64,000 nt of DNA from a virus. Both the position numbers and the translations under genes were made by a program. Location: the IMG/VR virus record IMGVR_UViG_3300005337_000001, positions 96,001-160,000 of that record; one strand, written 5' to 3'. The notes below the pieces were generated by a model. The model did no database searches and had not been told where the DNA came from. It saw nothing but the letters and a program-made list of their open reading frames with translations. Positions 16,869 to 26,655 of this stretch are shown here, one piece after another (positions within the stretch are counted from its first letter, which is position 1; the number at the start of each line of letters is the position of its first letter).

Positions 16869-19800
16869 TAGATCACCAGGGTGACGCGGATGTAGTTGCA
16901 GGGGAAGGGCGGGTCGATCAACACGTCGACCAGCACCGTATCGGGCGCGTCCTCGTCCTGGATGATGTTGTTCAGGTTGAAGCCGACGAGCACGCCGACC
17001 TCGACCAGGTACCCGCCGACGCCACCGATGACGGTGCCGAGCTGGTCCAGGAAGGCCTGGGTGATGTTGAACCGACCGATGAAGTTCTTCAGCGAACGGC
17101 GCAGGAACTTGGCCGTGAAGTCGACCACTTTCGTGATCGAGTCCGTGCGGGTCTCCACCGAGGTGAGGTCGGTGGTGAGCGCCATACGGCTGATGAGCGG
17201 TGCCGATGGCGCGTCTTGCACGATGATGTACGTGCCGCCTGCCGCCATGATGTTCATCTGCGACTCGGAGAAGAAGTCGTTGCTTCCGAGCACGCGGGTG
17301 AACCCAGCCATCGGGAAGTTCGTGAACGACTGCTGGGGCGGTTGCTGCCCGATCATGCCCGCGATGGCCGCGTTCATGTAGAAGCCGTTGACGATCTGTT
17401 CGATGCCCTCGATGGTGGCCGCAGCCTGGTCCGGCGCCGTGTGCCAGAAGCGGCGGTCGCCGAAGCTCTGGCTGAGCGCCTGGTAGGTCTCGGCAATCTT
17501 GGCCTTGTCGGGCGCGCCCTCGGACGTGACCAGGGCCGCGCCGCGTACGCGAACGGCAAAGGCCTCGCTGATGAGCTGGCTTGGCAGCGGCGGGGTGTTG
17601 AGTGCCGTCGTCGCATAGTAGCCGTCGTCATTGTCGCCGGCGTTGAACGACGTGCGGATGGTGACGACCGAGCCACTGATGCCAGCCACCGAGTAGCGCT
17701 TGGCGTCGCTCGCGATGTCGATGAACACCCCCGACGTGGCCAAGATGGTGCCGACGGGGCTCACACCCTTGGCCAACAGCAGAGCGCTCAGGTTGGGGAT
17801 ACCGGTGTCGAAGGTCAGGCCGGACGAGCCGGTCGTGTTGCCGTCGGCGCCGGAAGCCACCAACGTGTCGAGCATGTTGGCCGGCTGCTCACTGTTGAAC
17901 AGCGTGATGCGCTCGCCCTTCTGAGCAGGTTCGCTCATGAAGTCGGTGTGGGTCTTGAAGATCTGCGCGACGGTCTGGTCGTGCGTGAGCGGCGCCAGCG
18001 CGTAGACCTCGAAGGCTTCGAGCAATTCAGCGGCGCGCGTGAAGGCCTCGGGCGTGCCGAACGGCGCATCCGCGCTCACTGCGTCGATGCCCAAGCCCGT
18101 GATCTGCACGCCGGGGGCGTTGACCAGGGCGAAGAACATACCGAGCGCCAGCGGGTTCTGCGTGGTGATGGGAGCCATCACCGACTCGAGCTGGGTCTGG
18201 CTGTCGATGCGAATGAGCGAGGCCTGGTCGGCCAGAGCCGACAGGTCCTTGCGGATGGCCGTGTACGACAGGTACACCGGCGCGCGGCCCTGCGACGGGT
18301 GAATCGCAGCGCCCGTGGTGTCGCGCAGCAGATTGTTCTTCAGCGTCGCCGTCTTGTTGGCGTCGACCACCAAGCTCGGCACCGGCCGGTCAGAGCCGAG
18401 ACCCGTCAGGTTCTTGGCGATGATGTACCAGTACCGGCCCGCGTTGAGCGTGATGGTCTTCTGCTCGCTCATCTTCAGGATGGAGACCTGCCCACCTGGG
18501 GCGACCTGACTGATGATGCCGGCGGACACACCATCGACGATGAGCTCGTCGCCGGGCTCCGCGTGGCCGAGGGCGCCGTACGCGCGCGTGTCGGCGACCA
18601 AACCGAGAGTCGTGAGCGCAGTGCCGCTCTTGATCCAGATGAAGGCGTCGGCGCCCGTGAGGCTGTGCGTAAAACGCAGGAAGTTGGTGCTGAGCGAAGC
18701 CGTGAGGCGTCCGCCTGCAGCCGTACCCATCACCGCGTTGATCTCGGAGAGCACCGCCGCAGCGTTGGCGATACCAGACGAGAAGGTGATGGTCTGCAGC
18801 TGCTGACCATCGCTGATCTCGATGGTCTTGCCGGCGAGGTCGCCCGGGTAGGATAGCGCCGTGATGTTGACGTTGCCCGTCACGACCGCCGCAGTGCTGA
18901 CCGCCGTGAAGTCGTAACCGAGGAACTTCATGAGCGGCGAGAAGTTGTCGCCGTTGCCATCGTCGGTCACTTCGATGGACTGGCCGACGTCGGTCTCGTT
19001 CGTGGTGAAACCGAGCGTAGTGTTGGCGGTACCGACCTTGATGACGAGCTTCGAGTCAGCGCCACCGTTGTCGTCGAGCAATTGCAAGAAGTTGGTAGTA
19101 GGCGTCAGCGAAGCAGTGAGCCCCGTGGTAGACGAGTTGACGCGAGCTACGACCAGTGAGGGCGTCGTGTCGCCCACCTGGAACGTGACCGTCTGGTCAG
19201 CACCATCGTCTACCGAAATGACGAGAGTCTTGGCCGTGAGATCGCCAGGCAGCGTGAGCGTGGTGACGTCGACGGTACCGACCAGGACAGCCGCGTCATC
19301 GACTACGCCGTTGCGAAGGAAGGCCTCCGTACGCAGCTCTTCGATGAAGTTGTTCGCTGCCATCGCGAGGAACGCGCGCACGCTGTTCGACTCGATGACG
19401 AGCTCTTCGATGTTGCCGCGAGGGTCCGGAAAGTTGGTCGCCGGGATGGGCTCCTCGAGCTGCGAGTAGCTGTCGACACCCGTCGCCGTACGCGCTGCAC
19501 CGAAGCCGAAGGCAGAGAGCACTGCGGGCGAGCTCGTACCGATGATCTGCAGCGTCTGAAATTCACCGACGCCAACGGTGCGCAGGCGCCACACCGTGGA
19601 GCTCAGCACCTCAGCCTTCGACGACGTAACGCCAGCAGCGGCGAGCGCCTTGTTGATCGCAGTCACCACCGACGCGGGCGTGAGCCCGGTCGTAGTCGGA
19701 TCGGCGAAGAGAACGGTGACGTTCGGTCCGTGATTTGTCGAGAAGATGAGCTGCAAGCCGTCGAGCCCGGTGTAGACGGGCGGGCTGCCCGTAGCTGCCT

Positions 19801-20002
19801 TCGCGTCGAAGAACGCGGGCAGGTTGATGAGCGCGTCACCGTTCAATACCGACGTGCCGCTACCATCGGGGACCAAAAGGTCGACGACTTGGCGAGCCAC
19901 ACCGATGATGCACGGCACCAGCGTAGGGGTAACGACCGACGGCGTCGTCGTACGGATGACTTGAATTACTTCTACGCCGGGGCGGGGCAGCTGAGCGGCC
20001 AT
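16868..20002 (-). CDS. contractile tail sheath protein
   Basis: N-terminal RPGVEV..IIG; C-terminal ALTTD...SITKVVDFTAKFLRRSLKNFIGRFNIT...DAPDTVLVDVLIDPPFPCNYIRVTLVI is a typical sheath ending; 1044 aa. Confidence 0.9.
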   Translation of the reverse strand: MAAQLPRPGVEVIQVIRTTTPSVVTPTLVPCIIGVARQVVDLLVPDGSGTSVLNGDALINLPAFFDAKAATGSPPVYTGLDGLQLIFSTNHGPNVTVLFADPTTTGLTPASVVTAINKALAAAGVTSSKAEVLSSTVWRLRTVGVGEFQTLQIIGTSSPAVLSAFGFGAARTATGVDSYSQLEEPIPATNFPDPRGNIEELVIESNSVRAFLAMAANNFIEELRTEAFLRNGVVDDAAVLVGTVDVTTLTLPGDLTAKTLVISVDDGADQTVTFQVGDTTPSLVVARVNSSTTGLTASLTPTTNFLQLLDDNGGADSKLVIKVGTANTTLGFTTNETDVGQSIEVTDDGNGDNFSPLMKFLGYDFTAVSTAAVVTGNVNITALSYPGDLAGKTIEISDGQQLQTITFSSGIANAAAVLSEINAVMGTAAGGRLTASLSTNFLRFTHSLTGADAFIWIKSGTALTTLGLVADTRAYGALGHAEPGDELIVDGVSAGIISQVAPGGQVSILKMSEQKTITLNAGRYWYIIAKNLTGLGSDRPVPSLVVDANKTATLKNNLLRDTTGAAIHPSQGRAPVYLSYTAIRKDLSALADQASLIRIDSQTQLESVMAPITTQNPLALGMFFALVNAPGVQITGLGIDAVSADAPFGTPEAFTRAAELLEAFEVYALAPLTHDQTVAQIFKTHTDFMSEPAQKGERITLFNSEQPANMLDTLVASGADGNTTGSSGLTFDTGIPNLSALLLAKGVSPVGTILATSGVFIDIASDAKRYSVAGISGSVVTIRTSFNAGDNDDGYYATTALNTPPLPSQLISEAFAVRVRGAALVTSEGAPDKAKIAETYQALSQSFGDRRFWHTAPDQAAATIEGIEQIVNGFYMNAAIAGMIGQQPPQQSFTNFPMAGFTRVLGSNDFFSESQMNIMAAGGTYIIVQDAPSAPLISRMALTTDLTSVETRTDSITKVVDFTAKFLRRSLKNFIGRFNITQAFLDQLGTVIGGVGGYLVEVGVLVGFNLNNIIQDEDAPDTVLVDVLIDPPFPCNYIRVTLVI

Positions 20003-20018
20003 GTACTGGCTCCTTCCT

Positions 20019-20987
20019 TCAAACCTTCGTCTTGATAGGCGGTGACGGTTTCGATTCTTCCACGGCGCATTCGGCTATGGGAATAGCGCGTCCTCCCATG
20101 GAAGGTGGGCGAAGCCCTGGTCGAAACGGGTGAATGGTGCGCACGCGCACTTGGCGCGCAGGATCGAGTGGGTGTGTCGCGTAAGTCGGCGCCGCCGGCA
20201 GTAATCCAGCAGGATCTGGCGAGCGCCCACGAGCATCCGATGCCAGCGGATCAAAGGCAGGCGGACCGTCGACACAGAAATGAAGCGGCAGCTCGACGCC
20301 GTTGTGGCTCATTGCCGGACCGCCAGTTTGCAGCTCACGCGTCTTCAACAGCTGGGTGCGAATCTGTAGTTCAATGGACTGCACGATGTGCTGGTTCAAC
20401 GGCGTGTACTGACTCATGCGCGGGAACTGGAATGGCGATGAAACAACCGTGGCGTACCAGCCTTCAGCGTTATCACCAGCAACGATGCCTTCCGCCGGTG
20501 ATGGCGAAGAGATTTGCGGCTGCCGTCCCACTTCGAAGAACAAGTTCGAACCGATGAGCTGCTGACGCAAAAGCCAGAGGTGCTCGGCTACGACGAAGGC
20601 AATCTTGTCGCACTCAAGCGTGACACGCGACACGCAGTTGATGCTCATTACACCGGGGATGAGCACGCCCTTCGTCTTCTGGCCAGTGTCGAACTGGAAG
20701 GCCAGCATGTCGTCCTGGCCAAGCGAATAGAACTGCACCGGCCCGCGCGTGAACGAGATGGCGGGGCGCGCGCCGATGGTGTCGCTGTTGATCGCACCCT
20801 CGCCGACGATGAAGATTTCCGTACGGTCGTTGTCCGGCGACCAGTGATAGCTACCGGGCGGAGCTGCCGCAAAGAGACCCTGCACGAAAGCCACGTAGAG
20901 CATACGCAGCTGTGTGAGCGGGTCGTCTTTGAAACTACTCTGCGGAAACTGCCCGTGAGGGTTGACTCTTGTAGGCTTCGTGGGCAC
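20019..20987 (-). CDS. putative tail completion/terminator-type neck protein
   Basis: Directly upstream of the sheath; RPAISFTRG, SINCVSR..ECDKIA layout. Confidence 0.55.
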   Translation of the reverse strand: MPTKPTRVNPHGQFPQSSFKDDPLTQLRMLYVAFVQGLFAAAPPGSYHWSPDNDRTEIFIVGEGAINSDTIGARPAISFTRGPVQFYSLGQDDMLAFQFDTGQKTKGVLIPGVMSINCVSRVTLECDKIAFVVAEHLWLLRQQLIGSNLFFEVGRQPQISSPSPAEGIVAGDNAEGWYATVVSSPFQFPRMSQYTPLNQHIVQSIELQIRTQLLKTRELQTGGPAMSHNGVELPLHFCVDGPPAFDPLASDARGRSPDPAGLLPAAPTYATHPLDPARQVRVRTIHPFRPGLRPPSMGGRAIPIAECAVEESKPSPPIKTKV

Positions 20988-21345
20988 GACCGAGCTCCTT
21001 GCTCGCGCGCGAGTGGTACTGCTGCATGGCCAAGGCCAGGCCGCCGCCCATGAACGGAGCTACCTTGCGCATGGTAGGCGCCGCCGACGGACTGAGGCCA
21101 AGGCCGTGCGTGATCCCGCGTCCAGCAAGTGCGCCGGCCGCTGTGCCAACACCGAACGCCGCTGCCGGCGCCATCACCGCTTTGAGCGCATGAAGGATGG
21201 GGTGCTTGATGTCTCCAGGCTGGTTCTTCACCTCTTCCTGCGGCACCTCACCCGAGTCGGGCGGCGGCTCCGGCAGGTTGGCGAGCTTGAGCAACTCGCG
21301 CGCCATCGGGGCGCGGTCGTAGGTGAAGGGGAGAGCCAAGCTCAT
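20935..21345 (-). CDS. small glycine-zipper protein
   Basis: Start reset to ATG 21345 (ATGA overlap); AFGVGTAAGALAG, FMGGGLALAM. Confidence 0.65.
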   Translation of the reverse strand: MSLALPFTYDRAPMARELLKLANLPEPPPDSGEVPQEEVKNQPGDIKHPILHALKAVMAPAAAFGVGTAAGALAGRGITHGLGLSPSAAPTMRKVAPFMGGGLALAMQQYHSRASKELGRAHEAYKSQPSRAVSAE

Positions 21346-22247
21346 GGTTCTTTCGGGTACGACGTCGGGTACAACGCAAAGATACCAGGGATTTCCTCGT
21401 CCTCGAAGTTGGCCAGGTTGAAGGGGTTTGTGTAGTTGCGCGCCGGCGTGATGAAGAGGTTCTTGAGCGCAGAGGAGAAGCTCACTGGGATAGAGAACTC
21501 GATGTCCTTCGTCTCGATGGCATGAACCTGCACCTCTTGATGAACCGCCGCCCGGCTGTGCTCGGTCTGCGTCTGGCCAACGACCTTCCAACGCAGGTTC
21601 TCCGCCTCGATCACCAGGTCGCCGGGTTTGAGGATGGGGTAGAAGCCCAACCGCAACGTCGTGTTGTCCTGCTGCGTCTCGCCCGTGTTCAAGTGCTGTG
21701 TGCTCTTCGAGCTCGGATCGATCTGAATGAACGTCTCGATGGGATGCAGATAGCCGCGCACAAAGCCGGTGCAAAAACAGGTGATGCAGCCGCTCTTTGT
21801 CACCTGGTTCAGCGTTTCATTCCAGCAATCTGGGCAGCGCTGGCCAAAAGTGCGTCGTGGCAGCACGATGCAGCGGCGCCCAGCGAACTCCCGCATCAGC
21901 AGGCGGATATGCCGCCGAAGCTCAGTAGCGATGATGTCGGCCTCGGGCTCATGTGCCACAGGCCCGAAGTCCTTCACGTCGCCCGAGCTCTTCTCACGCA
22001 CACGGATGAGGTACTGGTACTCGCGCCAGCGATGCGCGATCTGAATCACGTTGTCGACGAACGTGTACTGGTCCTGAAAGGGCGGCGTGAGCGTGTCCCA
22101 CGGGCCTTCCGGCGACTCGGACCGCAACACCTGAAACTCGAAGTCGAAGATGTCGCGTGTCGTCGGCGCGACGCGCCAAGTCACCTCGTGGAAGTCGATG
22201 TCCAGCGAGATGACTCGGAGCTTGTCGAGCTCGATCGGTACCGGCAT
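21342..22247 (-). CDS. neck/head-closure protein with Zn ribbon
   Basis: FN3-like N-terminal part; CPDC...CITCFCTGFVRGY; PILKPGDLVIE..RWKV. Confidence 0.65.
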   Translation of the reverse strand: MPVPIELDKLRVISLDIDFHEVTWRVAPTTRDIFDFEFQVLRSESPEGPWDTLTPPFQDQYTFVDNVIQIAHRWREYQYLIRVREKSSGDVKDFGPVAHEPEADIIATELRRHIRLLMREFAGRRCIVLPRRTFGQRCPDCWNETLNQVTKSGCITCFCTGFVRGYLHPIETFIQIDPSSKSTQHLNTGETQQDNTTLRLGFYPILKPGDLVIEAENLRWKVVGQTQTEHSRAAVHQEVQVHAIETKDIEFSIPVSFSSALKNLFITPARNYTNPFNLANFEDEEIPGIFALYPTSYPKEP

Positions 22248-23404
22248 TACTGCCTGGGTTGCGTGTTCGACAGCATCTTGCCCGCAACCAGGCCGCCAGC
22301 GCCGGCGACGCCTGCCGCTGCGAGCGGGTTCTTCTGCGCGAAGTTCTTGGCGACGTTGCCGAACGAGCTGGCAACCTGACCCAGGCCGCCGCTCTTGTAG
22401 GCCGACGTAGCCAGGCTCTTGCCTGCGCTGAGCGCATTGCCGACGGCAGGCAGCGCAGCTTTACCAGCGTTCAGCGCGGTACCGAGGATGCCTGCGGTCT
22501 TGTCGGTCTTTTCCAGGCCGGGGAACTTCTTCGCCACCGCAGCACGCACCTTGCTCTTCTCCGAATCAGAGCCGTGCATGCCGACCAAGCCCAGCGCCGA
22601 GCGCGCGTGCTTGGCGTCGGGGATTGGGTACTTGCCGGTGTCACCAGGGCCGTCTGCCTTAGGCTCGGCGAAGTTCTTGTCGGCGATGTGCTCACGCGCA
22701 TTCAACGTGAGTGGCGCCGCCGTCTTCGCGAGGAAGCGACCGGCTTCGATGATGGCAGCGACCTTGGCGGCCGATTGCTTCACCTCTTCCTCTTTCGGCA
22801 GTGCTTTCGGTTTCGCCTTCGGAGGTTGCGGAGGCGCACCTTCACCGCCGCCAGCGTGCGCCTGCTCGAGCAGCTTGATGGCCTCGTCCTCGGTCGCTTC
22901 ATGAGCGGCATCTTCACCGCCACCGACAGCAGCTTCTTCCTGCTGCGCGCCCTCGAGCTCAGCGATAGCCTTCTCTTCCTTGGCCTCCGGAGAAGCCGCC
23001 GGCTCGCCGGCGCCGCCGTTCTGAGCCATGACCAGGTCTAGATCCAGCATACGCTTCTGCAGCTGGATGGCGTCGCGCTTGGCCCAGGTGTCGCTGGGCT
23101 GCGGCTTCATCGCTCGCTCCTGCTCACGCAGCTGCTGATCTTCCATGTCGAGCTGCAGCAGCGCCTTCTCGAGCTCCACCGCCTTAGCGAATAGCGGAGT
23201 GCCCGTGTACTTGCCGAGCCAGGTGTTGTCGCTGCCGCCAGGACCGCAGGCGTCCATGCCGTAGGCAAGCTTGCAGGTCTCGTCGCCGCTTGCGAGCTTC
23301 TGTAGCTCCTCGAGCGGGAACTGCTTGAGCTTGTCGACGAGCTGGCGCGAAGCCGTCTTCTCGGTGGCAGAGCGGTAAGAAACTTCCAGGAATTTGTCGA
23401 GCAT
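22247..23404 (-). CDS. internal head protein (K-x-A sites, DUF6582-like domain, glycine-zipper tail)
   Basis: KTAS/KLAS/KTAA/KTAG; REHIADKNFA..KYPIPDAKHARSAL..KVRAAVAKKFPGL. Confidence 0.65.
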   Translation of the reverse strand: MLDKFLEVSYRSATEKTASRQLVDKLKQFPLEELQKLASGDETCKLAYGMDACGPGGSDNTWLGKYTGTPLFAKAVELEKALLQLDMEDQQLREQERAMKPQPSDTWAKRDAIQLQKRMLDLDLVMAQNGGAGEPAASPEAKEEKAIAELEGAQQEEAAVGGGEDAAHEATEDEAIKLLEQAHAGGGEGAPPQPPKAKPKALPKEEEVKQSAAKVAAIIEAGRFLAKTAAPLTLNAREHIADKNFAEPKADGPGDTGKYPIPDAKHARSALGLVGMHGSDSEKSKVRAAVAKKFPGLEKTDKTAGILGTALNAGKAALPAVGNALSAGKSLATSAYKSGGLGQVASSFGNVAKNFAQKNPLAAAGVAGAGGLVAGKMLSNTQPRQ

Positions 23405-23413
23405 GATGGTCTC

Positions 23414-25210
23414 CTACGCGCCACGATGAAATGAGGCGGCTTGTCGAACGAGGTCGGCAATCTTGGGTCCAGCTGAGGCACCAACCGTGGCGCCACCGAT
23501 ACCTCCAGCAATGGTAGCGGGGATGGGATGCGCGCGCGTAGCCTCGCCCAGGCCGAGACGCATCTTCTCTTCGACCTGCAACAGCGCGTCGGCAAAGCCG
23601 CGTAGACCAGGGCGCTTCGGCGCTGCTTCACGCTCCGCGATGCTCGCGCGCATCTTGTCGAGGTCCGGGCCGTGTCCAGCTGCTTCGAGCCCAGCAGCAC
23701 CAGCGCCTAGTGCGCCGCCGGCAAGAGCGCCGACCGTCGACGCCGTGCTGGCGGTCTTGAAGAGCTCGGGCATAGCTGCGGCAAGCTTCTCGCGTCGAGA
23801 CTCAGCGCTCGCCTTGCCTGCAGCCACGCCAGCTGCCCCCGCGAGTGCGCCGCCAGCGAGGGCGCCACGCACGCCGCTGGTAAGTGCCCGTTCTTTGGAC
23901 GCATTACCGACGGCCGCACGGCCTACCTCGCCCAATTGCGGCGCAAACCGATCGGCTTCCCCCTGCCACGCGCGCGCGGTAGAGCCGCTCAACACGCGGG
24001 CCGTACGGTCCAGCCCTTTGCGCAGGCCTTTGCTGATCGCGCTTCCAACCTTGATGGAAACCTGGCCTGTGGGTTTCCTGGGAGCGGGCTGGCCTTCCTC
24101 GCTGGCGTTCGCCTGCGGGGGCGCGCTGGCGCCGCCTCCAGTCCCGCCGCCGCCGGCGCCGGGCGGCACAGCTCCAGGCGCAGCCTCAGCTGGCGTGCCC
24201 TCGGGAGCTGGCGCTTCCTCCTGCTCTGCAATGCCGTCGCTCGACGCCGTGGCGCCCTGCTCAGCGTCGGTGGTGGGGACGTCGCCGCCTTCGGCCGGAG
24301 CACCCTCCGTGCCTTCCCCGCTACCTGGTACCGGAGCACCACCTTCAGCAGGGGCTTCCTCGCCCGGCGCACCCTCGGCGCCCTCGGCACCAACCTCCTG
24401 CGGTGCCAGCGGCTCCATGCCGCCGGCAGCTCCACCTTCGCCGCCGAGCTCTGGCTCGGTGCCAGGTAGGCCTTGGGAAGCCAGGTCGAAGAGCTGTGAG
24501 CGCACGCCCTGCACCTCGATCTTGGCCGCCGCCTCTTGACCCTTGGCTTGTAGGGCCTGGTTGGACGCGCCGACGGCCTGTTGCATGGCCTGTGTCGCTG
24601 CCAGATTGGCTGTTTCGACCTGCTGCATGGCGGCCTGCTGCGCGATCTGGCCCTCCTGCTGCGCAGCCGACAGCTGCTGCTGGTGAGCTTCCTGCTCGGC
24701 GGTCAGCTGCTCAACCTGCTGCTGAGCCTGCGCTGCCTGCTCGGTGGCAGCAGCGGCCTGGGCGCGCGCTTCCTCGAGCCGCGCCTGGTAGTACTCGACT
24801 GCGCTCTGTTCCTCGGCCGCCATACCAGCCTGTTCGTTGGCCAGGTACTCGGCTTGCGCCGGCACCGCCGCCGGCGTCGGTGAAGAAATGGTAGCGGCAG
24901 ACGCGTCTTCGCTCGCCGCGGTCTCGTCGCCTGCCGTCTTCATGAACGTACGGCCGAGCAGCTTGAAGCGCAGCGAGGCGCTCTTCACGTTAAGGAACGG
25001 CTGCGGATCGGTCTGCGCGCTGTCCGCGGGTGCCTCTTCATGGAGCGGCACTTTCTGCGGCGCGCGGTCGGCGGCAGCTTGTTTCACGCACTCAGCCATG
25101 AGCGCGTCATCCTCGTGTGTCACCTTGCCGAAGTCTTTCAGCCCCACGAAGAACGAAGCCGCTTTGTCGAGCGGAATGGGACGGCTGAGACCACGTTCGA
25201 TGGCATTCAT
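23414..25210 (-). CDS. internal head protein (coiled coil, acidic linker, glycine zippers)
   Basis: 598 aa; Q/A coiled coil, E/G/P linker, GALAGGALAG x2; several K-x-A sites. Confidence 0.65.
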   Translation of the reverse strand: MNAIERGLSRPIPLDKAASFFVGLKDFGKVTHEDDALMAECVKQAAADRAPQKVPLHEEAPADSAQTDPQPFLNVKSASLRFKLLGRTFMKTAGDETAASEDASAATISSPTPAAVPAQAEYLANEQAGMAAEEQSAVEYYQARLEEARAQAAAATEQAAQAQQQVEQLTAEQEAHQQQLSAAQQEGQIAQQAAMQQVETANLAATQAMQQAVGASNQALQAKGQEAAAKIEVQGVRSQLFDLASQGLPGTEPELGGEGGAAGGMEPLAPQEVGAEGAEGAPGEEAPAEGGAPVPGSGEGTEGAPAEGGDVPTTDAEQGATASSDGIAEQEEAPAPEGTPAEAAPGAVPPGAGGGGTGGGASAPPQANASEEGQPAPRKPTGQVSIKVGSAISKGLRKGLDRTARVLSGSTARAWQGEADRFAPQLGEVGRAAVGNASKERALTSGVRGALAGGALAGAAGVAAGKASAESRREKLAAAMPELFKTASTASTVGALAGGALGAGAAGLEAAGHGPDLDKMRASIAEREAAPKRPGLRGFADALLQVEEKMRLGLGEATRAHPIPATIAGGIGGATVGASAGPKIADLVRQAASFHRGA

Positions 25211-25213
25211 TGC

Positions 25214-25660
25214 TTACTCCTCCGTCAACACGTAGAGCGTATCGCCTTGTGACTCGAATTGCATAACGCGCGGCGCCGCGCCGCTTGATGGCGCGTAAAC
25301 CTTGCCAGAGAGGGCTTCGTTGTTGGGCAGTCCAAGCTTCGCGCGCCCCGTCTCGTTCACGGCAGCAAGCGTCACAGCCGCCCCAGACGTTTGTTTGAAG
25401 ATGATCTTTCCGTCGAGCTGCAACACCACCAACGTGGCGATGGCAGCTTCGAGCTGCGTCTTGATCTCGGCGAAGGTGAGCCTGCCCTGGAACTGCGCAC
25501 CCTGCGTAAAGGTCTTGGTTCCAGCGGGTGAAGTAAAGGTAATGGTCGTGCCGACAATATCGTCGACAGCGGGGCCGATGTTGCCACCTTCCAACGCGCC
25601 GTTGAGCAGGAGGTTGGCCGTTTCGATGTTGCGGAACTTACGGAATTTGAGAGCTGCCAT
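25214..25660 (-). CDS. virion structural protein resembling the sheath insertion domains
   Basis: Start reset to ATG 25660; TITFT..LTFAEIKTQLEAAI..GKIIF..RAKLGL. Confidence 0.6.
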   Translation of the reverse strand: MAALKFRKFRNIETANLLLNGALEGGNIGPAVDDIVGTTITFTSPAGTKTFTQGAQFQGRLTFAEIKTQLEAAIATLVVLQLDGKIIFKQTSGAAVTLAAVNETGRAKLGLPNNEALSGKVYAPSSGAAPRVMQFESQGDTLYVLTEE

Positions 25661-25668
25661 GTTGCCTC

Positions 25669-26190
25669 TTAGTACTGAGCGTAGGTGCCGTTGACCGCCC
25701 AGTACTCGGAGAACACCCCCGAATTGCTCGGGCCAAGGATGCCTTCGATGTTGAGCGCTACCTTCACCCGCTGCTTCATCTGCTCGGTGGAGGCCTTGAA
25801 ATACTGCAGCCACTGCATGAGCATCGGCGTCTTGTCGTTCACACCAACGTTGATACCACCCGTCGAGTAGTTGATGTGGTTGCGCGTCTGCAGCAAGCCC
25901 ACCTGCTCGATCAAGCTGATGACCGTCATGCGTAAAAGCAACGCGTGTTGGTTGCGCTGCAGCAAGTCGTCGATCGACAACGACGTGAAGTGAGGCGTGC
26001 CGTTGAAATCAGCGAGAGCGTCGACGACCGACCAAGCAATCTGCCGGTCCGTCGACTCCTCACCTGCGATGATGCGATTGAGCTCCGGGAAGTCGCGCGT
26101 GTAGCCACGCACCATCTGCACGAACGCCCGGAACATCGGAGTGACGCCGGGCAGTCCTTGCAGATTTCTTGTGGTGGCTAGCGCGTCCAT
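25669..26190 (-). CDS. head-tail adaptor protein
   Basis: Helical 173 aa two genes after the capsid block; VRGYTRDFPELN...QTRNHINYSTGG layout. Confidence 0.6.
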   Translation of the reverse strand: MDALATTRNLQGLPGVTPMFRAFVQMVRGYTRDFPELNRIIAGEESTDRQIAWSVVDALADFNGTPHFTSLSIDDLLQRNQHALLLRMTVISLIEQVGLLQTRNHINYSTGGINVGVNDKTPMLMQWLQYFKASTEQMKQRVKVALNIEGILGPSNSGVFSEYWAVNGTYAQY

Positions 26191-26655
26191 TTACCGGTTC
26201 TTTTTCTGCTTCGATTGCCCTCCCACCGGCACTTGATTCGGCGGTGGGTCTTCTGCCATGGGCGGCGGCGTGCGTTCTTCAGGTGGCGGTGGTGGGTCGG
26301 GAGGCCCTAGTTCCTCGCGACCCAGAGTAACCTGCTCACCTTCGGCAGGTGGGCTGAGCGGCGGCTCGCCGGCGACCTTGGTCTCACCGACCTCCACGTG
26401 CTGCCTCATACGAGGCCCGCCGGCGCTCGCTTGAGCCTGCTGTCGTGCCAACACGTACGGCGGGGGCAGCTGGTCGATGGCAACGGCACCAACTTGGAGA
26501 AGGTACGCCAGGTTGCCGCGTGAAGTAGGTGTGTCCTCGACATCGACGAATTCGCCAGGGTTCACGATGCGCCCGGCAATGGCGATGCCCTGATCGGAGA
26601 GCCCGCGCTGCTCGAGCACGGGCGTTTTGATGTCGGTCAGGTTGTAGACCTTCAC
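26191..26655 (-). CDS. hypothetical protein with Pro-rich tail
   Basis: 154 aa; GTGA overlap. Confidence 0.7.
   Translation of the reverse strand: MKVYNLTDIKTPVLEQRGLSDQGIAIAGRIVNPGEFVDVEDTPTSRGNLAYLLQVGAVAIDQLPPPYVLARQQAQASAGGPRMRQHVEVGETKVAGEPPLSPPAEGEQVTLGREELGPPDPPPPPEERTPPPMAEDPPPNQVPVGGQSKQKKNR

Noticed and set aside
17216-18856. 546-aa plus-strand ORF opposite the sheath, and similar long shadow ORFs (27420-28988, 29758-31041, 45417-46643, 55216-56334, 56434-57516, 59700-60689)
   Set aside because: Antisense shadows of high-GC3 genes: rich in R/H/V/G, no motifs, no SD, fully inside well-supported minus-strand genes
23414-25210. Tape measure protein
   Set aside because: At 598 aa it is short for a large myovirus, lies in the head/neck block and carries K-x-A sites like the other head proteins
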